Of a stretch of DNA of 64,000 nt, positions 1 through 11,821 are shown piece after piece. This stretch comes from Octopus sinensis (lineage: Eukaryota): positions 47,058,001-47,122,000 of the forward strand of contig NC_043005.1 of assembly GCF_006345805.1 (NCBI RefSeq), given 5' to 3'. A program made the position numbers and the translations under genes. The first letter of the stretch is position 1; every line of letters begins with the position of its first letter. The notes beneath the pieces are model-generated. The model saw only the letters and a list, made by a program, of their open reading frames with translations. It had not been told where the DNA came from and did no database searches.

Positions 1-59
1 GTGCAGGAATAATTGTTCATCGGTATGTTTGTATAAATGCCTGTATGAATGTGTGTGAG

Positions 60-127
60 TAGATATCTTCATACATACGTACATATATACATACATAGCT
101 ACATACATACATAAATACATACATGCT

Positions 128-163
<36 letters not shown>

Positions 164-167
164 TATA

Positions 168-213
<46 letters not shown>

Positions 214-346
214 CATGCATATACACGCAAACACACACATATGACGCACACACATATACTTATTTATTTATATATATATATACATACACTTATGAGTCAA
301 CGCAAACACATATATATACGCAACGCAGATTCATACACACACGTAC

Positions 347-400
<54 letters not shown>
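60..400. repeat. Compound (TACA)/(CA)/(TA) microsatellite
   Basis: Direct dinucleotide and tetranucleotide runs; ORFs 17..253 and 123..413 are read-throughs. Confidence 0.95.
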
Positions 401-762
401 AGTAGTTATTTAACTGGCGGACTTTGGTTGATGAGAAATCACGCGCCTAGATGGCGCTAAATTTCGAAACCGGTACCGAGTTGACCAGCATTTACTTGTT
501 CTGACCCTTTTGAGGTAAGACATTATTATTGTTCACTGATATTTTTTCCTATCTTCTCTGTAATAGATTTGCGACTATTCGGTGGTACAGAAGTATTTTT
601 TGACTTCTATCATTAGTGATATAGGTACTCATGTAGTACCCTTGTGTATATATGTACATATCTAATATTGTATGTATTTATTTTATTAATTTGCCTGTAC
701 GGCTAATAATTCGCTTACCACTTTTGATGGTATTTTAATAATACCATCCCTATATATATATA

Positions 763-962
763 GTTACGGAGATGTACTTGCATAGCAAGTGACCTGATCT
801 GAGATCGTGTGCTGGAACGAAAACAGTTGCAGCAGGGAAGGTGTTTATAAGCCATTTAAAAAACACAAAACCGTTAGATTCACTTCAATATTTAAATTTA
901 ATTTGGCAAAATATTTTCGTGGCTTTGAGACCGCGACCTGATCACTGACAACATTCTGTGCA
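763..962 (-). mobile_element. Penelope-like (PLE-type) non-coding repeat carrying a hammerhead-like motif
   Basis: Starts at the edge of a (TA)n tract and contains a hammerhead-like fold at 903-951; PLE assignment is inferred from that motif. Confidence 0.5.
903..951 (-). ncRNA. Minimal type-I hammerhead-like motif with G3:C8 core
   Basis: Minus strand reads UUGUCA-GUGAUCA-G-GUCGC(ggucucaaa)GCCAC-GAAA-AUAUU-U-UGCCAA. Confidence 0.55.
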
Positions 963-1189
963 GCAGAATTTCCTACATGAAAGTTTCTATGTTAGCCGCC
1001 TGCAAACATCTTTGCCAGTGTATATATAAAATGAAGCTTTACTATAGCGTCGTATATTATCGACTGCTATTTCTAGTACATATTAGTGCATTGTTGTACC
1101 ACTATTCTATATATATATATGTTTATGTGAGCGTGTGCGTAGCATTTATGAGTACGTGTATCTAAAAGTTCATATGAAAGATATATTGA

Positions 1190-1364
1190 TTTCAGACTCT
1201 GGCGCAAAGGGAGGAATTTGACTGGGAAGGGTAGATCGATTACATCCGATTCCTAGTGGTCAATTGGTATTTTATCGACCTCGAAATGATGAAAGGCAAA
1301 GTCGGACGAAATGCCGCTAAACATTTTGCTCAGCGTGTTAAGGATTCTGGTAGCTCACCGCCTT
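1190..1364 (-). mobile_element. SINE family B, degenerate
   Basis: atcgacc..gatgaaaggcaaagtc..ctcaccgcctt matches the copy at 5516-5731 in reverse. Confidence 0.8.
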
Positions 1365-2389
1365 ACGGTAATATGAAAAATATAGTAGCACCATTCACAT
1401 AGATTCGTGCATTCAAAGTTTATCCACAATTAATATATGTTTTTAAATATATAACGATATTGATTAATCGCCGTATAGAACAAAAATAGTATAAACAATA
1501 TTACTGGAACTTTATTGGTAATATATAGCTGCAATATATTCAGACACAAGCAAATATGTGAAACATAGATGACAGAACGATTTATATAAAGATAGAAGCA
1601 ATCACTTAATTTTTCGATTATAAGAAGTATCCATCAGCGGGTCTCCATCACAAATATCGTTTAGAAGTGGAGTGGGAATAATCGATCATACTAGACTGGA
1701 AATTGTTTCATAGACGGGAATTGAACGGTGATCATAGGAAATATGAAATCCAAATGAAAAATCAACTCGGAATATCAAATCAGAGCTCAATGGCAAATCT
1801 GCGAATATTTCACAAGAATTTCTCGAGTTTTTATTTTTAATGTACAACTATTCTTTTATTCTTTTACTCTTTTACTGGCATTCGTTATTGGACTGTAGCC
1901 AATATTTTAGATGCTCGTATCGACCGCTGCATCTATTTGAACCCGGTACTTACTTTTAACAAATTCAGGAACGTTAATAAACATTCACGCAAAGGACAAA
2001 TGCTTATAGTTGACCGAAAATAAATATAAACAGATACATATGTGTGTGTGTGTACATATATATGCATACACACAAACAGGCATACATACACAAGTGTAAA
2101 TAGAAATGCATTCATACATGCACATATATGATATATTATGCATTATATATATGTACATACTTACATACATAGATACATATATACATATATACACACATAC
2201 ATAAATGTAAGCAAATATACATATATATATATTATATTATTCTCTTTTTTGGCGGGGGGAACTGTCAAATCTGTTTCTGCCTCATTTAACATTGACTATA
2301 TAGCACGAATAATTTCTACGACTAAAAACAAATAATAACGAAAAAAAAAAGCGCCGAAACAAGATAAATACAAAATGCAATTTGTATTG

Positions 2390-2990
2390 ATTACTAATGC
2401 ATTCGATCGGCTGTCACAGGGAGCTAGATATACTGTATATTTATGACTACGTGGTGGATTATGTGTTATTCTCATTTTATACAATTCCTCTAGATTTTTC
2501 ACTGGTTTTGGCATCAGCTAAGTTACATGGCACAATGTATCATATCCTACTTGGCTGCAGAAATCAAACGTGCCAATTCGAGCTATATATTGAGAATTCA
2601 GAATTGGCTATGTATTCGAAACTGTATTCGCAAGCCTATGAAACTTTTTTGTAGAAAACTAGCAGCTATCTCATGCGTGTAAAACTAACTGTTGCCCATG
2701 CATACTCGTAAGCCTCCTGACTGCTCAACGTCGATGTCATCTTAGAGAATGACTGCCATATTAAGACCGATACAACTTGACGCCTGTCTCGCTGCAAATG
2801 TTGTTGTCAGAACGCAACGAGCCAGAATGTATCCCGCTAGGCATCCTGTGTAAGCTAACAGTTCCGCCAATTTAGTGCTGTGTATAGATATTTCAAAAGA
2901 ATGGGAGGCAAAGATGAGCCCTTCGGGATTTGAATTCGGAGCGCGCGGATTGCGGAAGCATTCTTTCCACAAAAGCATTCTATCCATATC
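2390..2990 (+). pseudogene. Possible highly decayed RTE reverse-transcriptase fossil
   Basis: Broken motifs AFDRLS, AEIKR and RKLLTAQRR in RTE-like order, with many stops and frameshifts. Confidence 0.3.
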
Positions 2991-3009
2991 TCTAACGACT
3001 CAGTAAAAG

Positions 3010-3026
3010 TCACACACACACATATT

Positions 3027-3078
<52 letters not shown>

Positions 3079-3200
3079 CATATATATATACGTATATCTA
3101 TGCAAACATAGATTTATATACATATCTATGTATATATACACATATATATAGATACACATATATATGTATATAAATATATATATACGTATATTTATGTGTA
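3010..3200. repeat. (TA)n-rich microsatellite
   Basis: Direct repeats. Confidence 0.95.
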
Positions 3201-3447
3201 TATTGATATGAGGTATTGGTATCTAGATGACCCAAAGAGTGGCAGGTAACGCTAAAATAAGTGCTATGGACAGACCGTAGTTAAACTCTTTTTTCGATAG
3301 TGTTACGAGCGAGGAATCTAATGTGGGTCTTGTATTAGCGTGTATATATATATATATGTATAATAAATTAATAAATAAATAAAACATATGCATATATACA
3401 TACATATATGTACGTACCTACCTCTACATGTATATATACATGCATAT

Positions 3448-3600
3448 ATGGGTACAGGACACAAAAAAAAAACGTCGAACACAATGAGAAACGAAAACAT
3501 AAACACAAAACCAAGGAAATGGACATTTTTCTTAAACAACGAAAAAATAGATTACAGGACATACAAAACAAGGAAAATTCCCCTTCTTCAGTCGCCTTTG
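3448..3600. mobile_element. Dispersed repeat starting atgggtacaggac (PLE-type, truncated)
   Basis: Same start and A-rich body as 29220 and 29910; each copy follows a (TA)n tract. Confidence 0.6.
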
Positions 3601-3654
3601 TTTAGACAAAATGAGAACAAAGCCAAGGCTGTAAGGAGTTTTCAGGGTATTTAT

Positions 3655-4004
3655 AAGGAAAAAGCACCATCAAAATACAGGACCAGATACTGCAACAGCT
3701 TGGGTTTCAGAGGACCACAGCTCTTTAACATCCTCCCTAAATGCCTGAGAGACTTACATGGTGTGGATGTGGGTTTCTTTAAAACTAAACTGGATCTCTT
3801 CTTGTCGGGAGTCCCAGGTGAACCTACCTCACGACAGGAGACGCAGATGCGGGCAGCAGCGTCGAACTCCCTTGTTGATCAAGTGCCACGTATCAGAGGT
3901 GGATTCACATATTAGTGTAGCTCATTCAGCGGTGGTGCCCCAGCATGGCCGCGGTCTTCGGGCTAAAACATTTTTAAGGATTTAAGGATTTAAGGATTTA
4001 AGGA
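3655..4004 (+). mobile_element. CR1/L2-group LINE 3' end with (TTTAAGGA)n tail
   Basis: Translates as SKYRTRYCNSLGFRGPQLFNILPKCLRDLHGVDVGFFKTKLDLFLSGVP, near-identical to the C-terminus of 26462..27310. Confidence 0.92.
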
Positions 4005-4280
4005 TAGTCTTACGACTGTTTCTGGGATATTGTGGATACCCCTTCATCAGAGTCGATGTGAGATGGTTAAATAGAGGTAAATATTTAAATTCGAAATAAG
4101 GAATTATTATGGAAAAGGAGGAACATATGGAATATAGAGGGAAATAAGAGGATGAAAGTAGAAATGAAAATATAAAATATATAGAGATATTGTAGTCGCA
4201 GTTCCATTATTCGAGGAAAGTGATGTATAGAAGTGGTAAAAGAGTTTCCTGTACATGGTATGCAAGTTCCAATAGTAGTT

Positions 4281-4941
4281 CAGTGGTATTCAAAGTGGCG
4301 GTCAGCGGACCGGTGCCGGTCCGCAAGCCATCAGCTGCTGATATGCGGCGAGTTTCCAGAAAAGAAAGAACGTATTATTTATTCTTTTACTTGTTTCAGT
4401 CATTTGACTGCGGCCATGCTGGAGCACCGCCTTGTAGTCGAACTAATAAACCTCAGGACTTATTCTTTGTAAACCTAGTACTTATTCTATCGGTCTCTTT
4501 TGCTGAACCGCTAAGTTGCATGGACGTAAACACACCAGTATCGGTTGTCAAGGGATGGTGTGGGGGGGGGGGGCAAACACAGACACACACACAAATATAC
4601 ATACATACATACGACGGGCTTCTTTCAGTTTCCGTCTACCAAATCCATTCACAAGGCTTTGGTTGGCCCGAGGCTATAGTAGAAGACACTTGCCCAAGGT
4701 GCCGCGCAGTGGGACTGAACCCAGAACCATGTAGTCGGTAAGCAAGCTACTTACCACAAAACCACTCCTGCGCCATTTGTTTACAAAATAAATATAAGAT
4801 TACAAAAATTGTCAATATTTTTTATATTCATTATATATATTGTTTCCGGTATAAATTGATATTACTAAAAAATGTTACCGGTCCCTGGCACATTAGAAAA
4901 AGACTGCCAGTACGCCACATCAGAAAGTTTGAAAAGCGCTG
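4281..4941. mobile_element. hAT (Charlie-like) MITE interrupted by a SINE
   Basis: TIRs cagtggtattcaaagt / agtttgaaaagcgctg; subterminal palindrome gcggaccgg-tg-ccggtccgc. Confidence 0.7.
4381..4775 (-). mobile_element. SINE family A (tRNA head, internal microsatellite, hairpin tail)
   Basis: Reverse complement of 7057-7468; A-box- and B-box-like head. Confidence 0.92.
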
Positions 4942-5515
4942 CTTTAAATGACTCCTGTTATTCATGTAATAAAAGTACTTTCACTTAGCTTTATGCTTTC
5001 ATTTCTATTTCTCTCGTTTGTAATCTCAGATCGTTCGTACAGCTTCATTCTACCAAAATTTGGTCACTCTGCTGCAGCTACTATAACAGAGTCTATGGGC
5101 GTATAAGAATAGACTGGATGGCGGAGAAAGTACTAAATGTCCAGACTGTCACATTACATCGTTTACGATTGGTCAGTGTGCATCGTTGTTCTTCAGTATC
5201 GTCCTCAGCGGGAAAAGAAGATAGATTGTGTATTGCGCTTCGCTGTTCAGCTGACTAACTGCTTGTCATAGGACTGATCGATCAGATCCTGGAGTTACAC
5301 AATTAAGACGACAACAGTGGCCTCAACAACAAAAAAACAAAAACAACAGCAACCACAGAAACAACAACGTTAGCACTATCAACAACAGGGAAAAGCTGAT
5401 AAGCGAATGTCAGCTAGAGGTAGCATCTATGCGAACCAATGTTTTACTCATCGCAAAACAGTCGTTGCATCGCCTTCATATTAATCTTTCAATTGTAATG
5501 AAGAAGCAACCTTAA

Positions 5516-5731
5516 AGGCGGCGAGCTGGCAGACACGTTAGCATGCCGGGCGAAATGCTTAGCAGTATTTCGTCTGTCTTTACGTTCTGAGTTCAAATTC
5601 CGCCGAGGTCGAAGTTGAATTTCATCCTTTCGAGGTCGATAAATTAAGTACCAGTTGCGTACTGGGGTCGGCCTAATTGACCTGCCCCTTCCCCAAAAAT
5701 GTCGGGCCTTGTGCCGAGAGTAGAAAAGAAT
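5516..5731 (+). mobile_element. SINE family B, full length
   Basis: Head ggcggcgagctggcaga, B box gagttcaaattcc, body tttcatcctttcg-ggtcgataaattaagtaccag, tail agaaaagaat. Confidence 0.9.
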
Positions 5732-5993
5732 GAAGAAGTCACTTTGGCTAATACAGGCCTTCATGTGAAAAGGAATATAAAAATATTAATAATAATAACA
5801 ACAATAATTCTCCCTACAATAGGCATAAGGCCTAGAATTTTGAGGGAGCGGGGCTAGTCGTTTACATCGATCCCAGTGTATTTATTTTACCGACCCCCAA
5901 AGGGTGTATGTGTGTGTGTGTGTGTATGTGTGTGTATTCTTTTACTCATTTAAGCCATGCGGTTGCGGTCATGCTCGAGCACACACACACATA

Positions 5994-6104
5994 ATTCTTA
6001 ATCAAGAATATTATTGACACAAAATTCGAAGTTTCGACAGTCCGACAAGGGCTTAACTGGACGAAGCTTCGAAGTCACTGTCAACAATATTCTAGTATAA
6101 GAAT
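5994..6104 (+). mobile_element. Short inverted-repeat element with a decayed hammerhead-like motif
   Basis: ~42-bp imperfect arms; helix I GACAGU/ACUGUC; helix III (G)CUUCGAAGU; GUC triplet. Confidence 0.5.
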
Positions 6105-7056
6105 AATAAATGTGTACTCTTCAAACGTCTAGAGAAGGCCATCAGGTTAATGTAAAATTGTTTTCATTATAACTGGGCATAGAGCAAACATAAATATATA
6201 TAGACGTATACTTATATAGAGAGGGAAATAAAGAGAAAGTGATAGAGATAGAGACAGGGACAGAGACAGACAGACGGATGTGTGCAAGTGTGAGAGAGAG
6301 ATATTTCTGGTTATATATATATACACGGTGCCACGATTGTGTCTGGCAGAATAGTTGTGCGCGTGTGAATGATTGTGAGTGAGTATTTGCTTTCCTTCTA
6401 TCTCAAAACATATGTCAATGTCCAAAATGTGTCTCAATAATTAACAAATTAGAATATAAAGCTCAACTAAGCAATGTTGATCTTTTATTTAGATTAATGC
6501 AGATAGAGTGTTAGGTCTTCATTACCGAATTTTCAAGGTGTCTGAAATAAATGGAAAGAACTATTTTGGTATTCCTTATAATTACCACTACGACGTTATG
6601 AGTTAGATGTTCTACTCCAAGCAGGTTTTATACTATTATAAGACTTGTCAACGATAATCACATTCCTGCTGCAGGAATTTTATAGAAAACTATTTCACCG
6701 GTATAGGCTTTGGGTTACAAGAATAAATAGTAAACCTATTTTCCAGTATGTCTTAATAAAGATTAATCTGACCAAACATTTAAAACAAAGGTAGCACTGT
6801 GAATATATTAATAGAGGAATGGTAAAGTTTACAGCTAAATCACATGATGTCGCAGTAATTTTCTTGCAGAATTTGCGTTTTGCACATCATCCTTGATATG
6901 TTCAGAAACTAGTTAAAGCAATATAGTCACTAAGTACCATAGATTTTGCTTATTCAAGTATAAAGTTGACCATTAGTGTAAAAAAATATAAATATATAAT
7001 TTCATTATAGGCGTGTGTATGTCAAAGCAAACTTCCTGCTCAAATACAATAATTAT

Positions 7057-7468
7057 GCAGGAGTGGCTGTGTGGTAAGTAGCTTGCTAACCAACCACATG
7101 GTTCCGGGTTCAGTCCCACAGCGTGGCATCTTGGGCAAGTGTCTTCTGCTATAGCCTCGGGCTGACCAATGCCTTGTGAGTGAATTTGGTAGACGGAAAC
7201 TGAAAGAAGCCTGTCGTATATATGTATATATATATATAAGTGTGTGTGTTTGTATATGTTTGTGTGTCTGTGTTTGTCCCTCTAGCATTGCTTGACAACC
7301 GATGCTGGTGTGTTTACGTCCACGTCACTTAGCGGTTCGGCAAAAGAGACCGATAGAATAAGTACTGGGCTTACAAAGAATAAGTCCCGGGGTCGATAAG
7401 TTCGACTAAAGGCGGTGCTCCAGCATGGCCGCAGTCAAATGACTGAAACAAGTAAAAGAGTAAAGAGA
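7057..7468 (+). mobile_element. SINE family A, near full length
   Basis: A box tggctgtgtgg, B box ggttcagtccc, ccttgggcaagt-like motif, internal (TA)/(TG) tract, tail cagtcaaatgactgaaac. Confidence 0.93.
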
Positions 7469-7529
7469 GAGTACGTATGTAAATGTATGTTTGTGTATAT
7501 AGATACACACACACACACACACACACATA

Positions 7530-7582
<53 letters not shown>

Positions 7583-7757
7583 AAAGGAAATTAAGAAAAT
7601 GCTGACAAAATAATTTAAGTAATTTAAGTAATTTAATTAGGTGAAAGTTCTTTTTACCGGTTGCGCATTTGTTATCCTTATCAAAAGATATTTTTTTAAG
7701 AGAGATTAGAGTTCCTTTCTGATAGATTTTTTTCCTCTTATCTGGTCAGATATATAT

Positions 7758-8115
7758 AGGGAGTGACTGTGTGGTAGGAAGTTTGCTGCTTCACCACGTT
7801 TCTGGGTTCAGTCCTAATGCGTGGTACCTTAAGCTAGTGTCTTCTACTATAGCCTCGGGCCAACCAAAGCCTTGTGAGTGGATTTGATTGAACTGAATGA
7901 AACCCGTCGTATATCTACGTGTATGAGAATGTGTTTGTACGTGCGTGTGTGTATCTTTGTGGTTGTCCTTCACTAACACCACTTGACAACAGGTGCTGGT
8001 ATGTTTACGTCTCCGTAACCTGGCTTAAAAAACGGTTCTGCGGTCGATTCTTTCGACTAAATTTCCTCGAGGCGTGACTGTAGTCTAATGAGTGAAACTA
8101 GTAAAAGATCAAATA
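7758..8115 (+). mobile_element. SINE family A, degenerate
   Basis: Aligns by eye to 7057-7468. Confidence 0.85.
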
Positions 8116-8129
8116 TAAAAGATATGTAC

Positions 8130-8146
8130 GAACACACGCACACACA

Positions 8147-8188
<42 letters not shown>

Positions 8189-8430
8189 CACACACACCCA
8201 CACTCTCACACACACACTCTCTCTCTCCAACACACGCACACTTTCTCTCTCACACACGCACACACTCACACACACCCTCTCTCTCACACTCACACTCGCT
8301 CTCTCACACTCTCTCTCTCACTTTCTCCCACACACACACAAGCTCTCTCTCTCTCAAACACAAACACACACACACTCTCTCTCACATACACCCTCTCTCT
8401 CTCTCTCACACACACACATACATATATACT
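8130..8430. repeat. (CT)/(CA) compound microsatellite
   Basis: Direct repeats. Confidence 0.95.
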
Positions 8431-8607
8431 GGTTATCGAGGAGTGCTTGAAGGCATTTCATTATCAGTATATTACTCTCTTCATGCAAATTAATTCATTT
8501 CGCTTTTCAAAGATTATATTTGCTTTAATTACAAAATAAGTCTTCGAATACTCCCCGCAACTTGTATGAATATACTTGCTTATTTCTTTATATATGTGTG
8601 CATATAT

Positions 8608-8833
8608 ATTTCTTTACTACCCACAAGGGGGTAAACACAGAGGGGACAAACAAGGACAGACAAAGGGATTAAGTCGATTACATCGACCCCAGTGCGTAAC
8701 TGGTACTTAATTTATCGACCCCGAAAGGATGAAAGGCAAAATCGACCTCGGCGGAATTTGAACTCGGAACGCAATGACAGACGAAATACGGCTACGAATT
8801 TCGCCCGGCGTGCTAACGTTTCTGCCAGCTCGC
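8608..8833 (-). mobile_element. SINE family B with gtgggtagtaaagaaata tail variant
   Basis: Reverse complement of the 38582 copy. Confidence 0.9.
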
Positions 8834-8989
8834 ATATGTGTGCATATATATATCATATAAGTGTGCATGTGTGCATACACATATGTGTGCATTGTGCGTG
8901 TACGTATTTGAAAGAACAAGATTTTCGCTTACAGTGGAAAGTGTTCAACTGATATCAGGAAGGTAAATCAGTTGTTAACTTTTATCTGT

Positions 8990-9287
8990 TATCTTTTATT
9001 TATTTCAGTCATTAGACTGTGACCATACTGGGGCAGCACCTTGAAGAATTTAAGTTAGAGGGACATAAACAAATGAACGCCGGTTGTCAATCGGTGTGAG
9101 GGGGGGGGGGCAAACACACTACACACACACACATATATATACAACGGGCTTCTTTCAGATTCCGTCTACCATATCCATCCACTCACAAGGCTCTGGTCAG
9201 CTATAGTAGAAAAGAATTGCCGAAGGCATCAAGCAGTGAGACTGAACCCGGAATCATGTGGTTGGGAAGCAATCTTCTTACCACGTT
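8990..9287 (-). mobile_element. SINE family A, degenerate
   Basis: tttcagtcattagactg tail and cttctttcagattccgtctacc body. Confidence 0.8.
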
Positions 9288-10010
9288 GCCGGGGAACAGT
9301 TTGGTGAGTTAATCTTGTTTGCATGATCTCAACAAGTTATGAACTGCATCACGTCAGACCGAAACAGGCATAATTGAATGCTTTACTTAAATTGTGTGTG
9401 TGCGTGTGAATGTGTATGTGTGTGTGTGTGCACACGTGTGTACTTATGTGTATGTGCGTATTTATGTGTCATCTATGTGTTATTGCTATTAGAAGCAGTA
9501 CGAATGATATAGATTTTACCTTTTTTTATTTTTTTTCCTATTCGGTACAATAAGTCGCAATAAGTCTGTAAAATATACTAGATATCATTTAGTTTATATC
9601 TGTCAATGGATAAGAGCTTCTGAGGTTATTGACCAACACACATACATATATTTTGCCAAATAAACACGAGTGTGCATTCAGTTATCTTTCAAATTTAATA
9701 TAAACGTCCATCTGTTTTAGATGCTTTACCTGAACTTCTAACCTCGACATCATCTCACCTGTTTGGCTTGATTATACATCGCATATACATGCATACATAC
9801 ATACACACATACACACATACATACAGACTAATATCTATATATGCGTGTGTATGTATGTATATACACTAACAAACACACACACGTGTATATATAGATGCAT
9901 ATATATGTACATATATATATATACATATATATATATACATATATGTACATATATACATATATGTATATATATATGTATATATATACGTATATATGTATAT
10001 ATATATATAT

Positions 10011-10050
10011 TGATTGATTGATTGATTCTAGTTTCAGCTCATGAGCTGTG

Positions 10051-10055
<5 letters not shown>
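10011..10055 (-). mobile_element. Extremely 5'-truncated CR1/L2-group tail with (TCAA)n
   Basis: atggccacagctcatgagctgaaactag+(aatc)n, near-identical to the tail at 48660-48715; both flanks are (TA)n. Confidence 0.75.
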
Positions 10056-10102
<47 letters not shown>

Positions 10103-10229
10103 TCTATACATATATGTATATGTTTATGCGAGTGTACGTGTGTGTAAGTTTGCCTCTGTGTGTGTGTGTGTGTGTAATTTCTCGACTTTCTAATATGGGT
10201 TAACGTGAGGATATTTTAAAAACATATTA

Positions 10230-11200
10230 TATTATTATATTTCCCCTTTTCTATAACCTTTCACTACCTGCTTTTACAAAATCTCATTTCGCATCATTAT
10301 TGCTAAGCTTCACTGTTCCTAACAAATCTGGTACGATTTTATTGTTCAATTTATCTTGTTCATACTTTTGCTGTTTGCTAAAAACTTATACGAATTCATT
10401 GCGGATTTCTCTTTAAAAGTATTGAGAATAAAGACGTGATAAAATTATGGTGGGATAATTCTTTAGCCATTTATGACGAAAACTGAACTTCGTAAGAAGC
10501 AGAGGAAGCTAGTCTCAAAGAAAATATGGGTCAACAATGTGGCACATATAAATACAAACGAATATTCCTAACAGACGAAGATTGAGTTAAAAGCAAATAA
10601 AATGAGATACTCATTGTGTGCTTGTCTGTGTTTTAATGTGCTTTCGAGATGGGGAAAAAAGACAAGGAATTGATGGATGCAGTGAGAATAATGAAAAATC
10701 TATGTTAAGTTGATATTCAATAATGGTCTGATTTGATGTGGAAAGTGGTCGAAATGATGTTCACGTTAGCATATCTAAAACGTGACCCGTATTTGCAGTA
10801 ATGGGAAAAAAAGACTACGGCCTTTTCTAGCGACAGAACTTTAACCCAAGGGGTGAGATTATTGGTAATGATTGAACTAGATTTCTTTATAAAGGCTTGC
10901 TGTATAAAATACTGATAATTTTCCACGGCTATTATTATAACTTAGTTTCTTTTGGCAATGATTCATACTACATAAAGACAGAAAATATATATAATACATA
11001 TAATTTTGAATGAGTATTTGAGGAGGTATTTTCTAATATCAGGAAATTTAAAGGAAAAATGACCGATAATCAATTAAGACTATCAGCTTTAATAATAAAT
11101 AATGGATTAGGTTAAATTCTATAGTGAGGATTCTAAAACGGCTTTTGGGTGCTTGACCCAGAGGAAGACAATGACTAGTAACGCAAAGTAGCGTGCTTTG
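10230..11200 (-). pseudogene. Ancient non-LTR RT fossil (RTE-like)
   Basis: Degenerate motifs in RT order: GFRSGSST-like, RKG-SL-PLL (cf. RQG-PLSPLL), FRYAN (cf. YADD), MAK. Confidence 0.4.
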
Positions 11201-11821
11201 TACGTAGAATACTTTACTTCGCAATCATATAAAGTTCAGTTCAGATTCAAAGATGATTGCAAATAATGAAGTGGCGAGGGATGTTTATATCTATGGTGAC
11301 TAAACATAGAATATTATTAGTGACTCTCTATCGATTTCTAGTACGATATGGTCTCACATATTTAATGCAGTGATTTGCAAAATTTCATCGACTGAGATTA
11401 TCTAAACATGCTGCGGACAAAATTCATTTCAAGGCTGTTGAAATTCTAAAAACAAGAGAGATTGACGGATTTTGTTAGAATTATCACATTGGTTTATTGC
11501 TTTCAGATTTCAAGCACCACTAAAGGGAGGTTTTCTCTACAAATTACCTGGATAGTATCATATGGTCGAAGTGCTTCAACCCATTATATAACAAACGTGA
11601 CTCTTCATCGTACATGTACTTAGTACGCATAATGGTCACCCTCCAAAATACCTATTTATAAAGGTCATCATTATTTTACACACCCTATTTTCATTATTAC
11701 TTTCTCTTTCTCACTATAGACACACACGCGTGCACACACACATACACACACAAATACTCACACATACTCACACATATATATTTAAATATGAATTGGAAGC
11801 AGTGTGATTGTTGTAAACTTA

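Noticed and set aside
17-413. Many 60-240 aa ORFs rich in YI/HT/CV/LS repeats across the window
   Set aside because: Translations of (TA)/(CA)/(CT)/(TACA)/(GATA) microsatellites; not genes
5030-5270. ~80-codon open frame after a weak acceptor
   Set aside because: No recognisable motif, no start context, no downstream donor
7057-7130. tRNA-like heads of SINEs as real tRNA genes
   Set aside because: No complete cloverleaf or acceptor stem; they continue directly into SINE bodies
10657-10706. MGKKDKELMDAVR resembling ANKS1/Caskin N-termini
   Set aside because: Stops after 19 codons and lies antisense within the RT fossil
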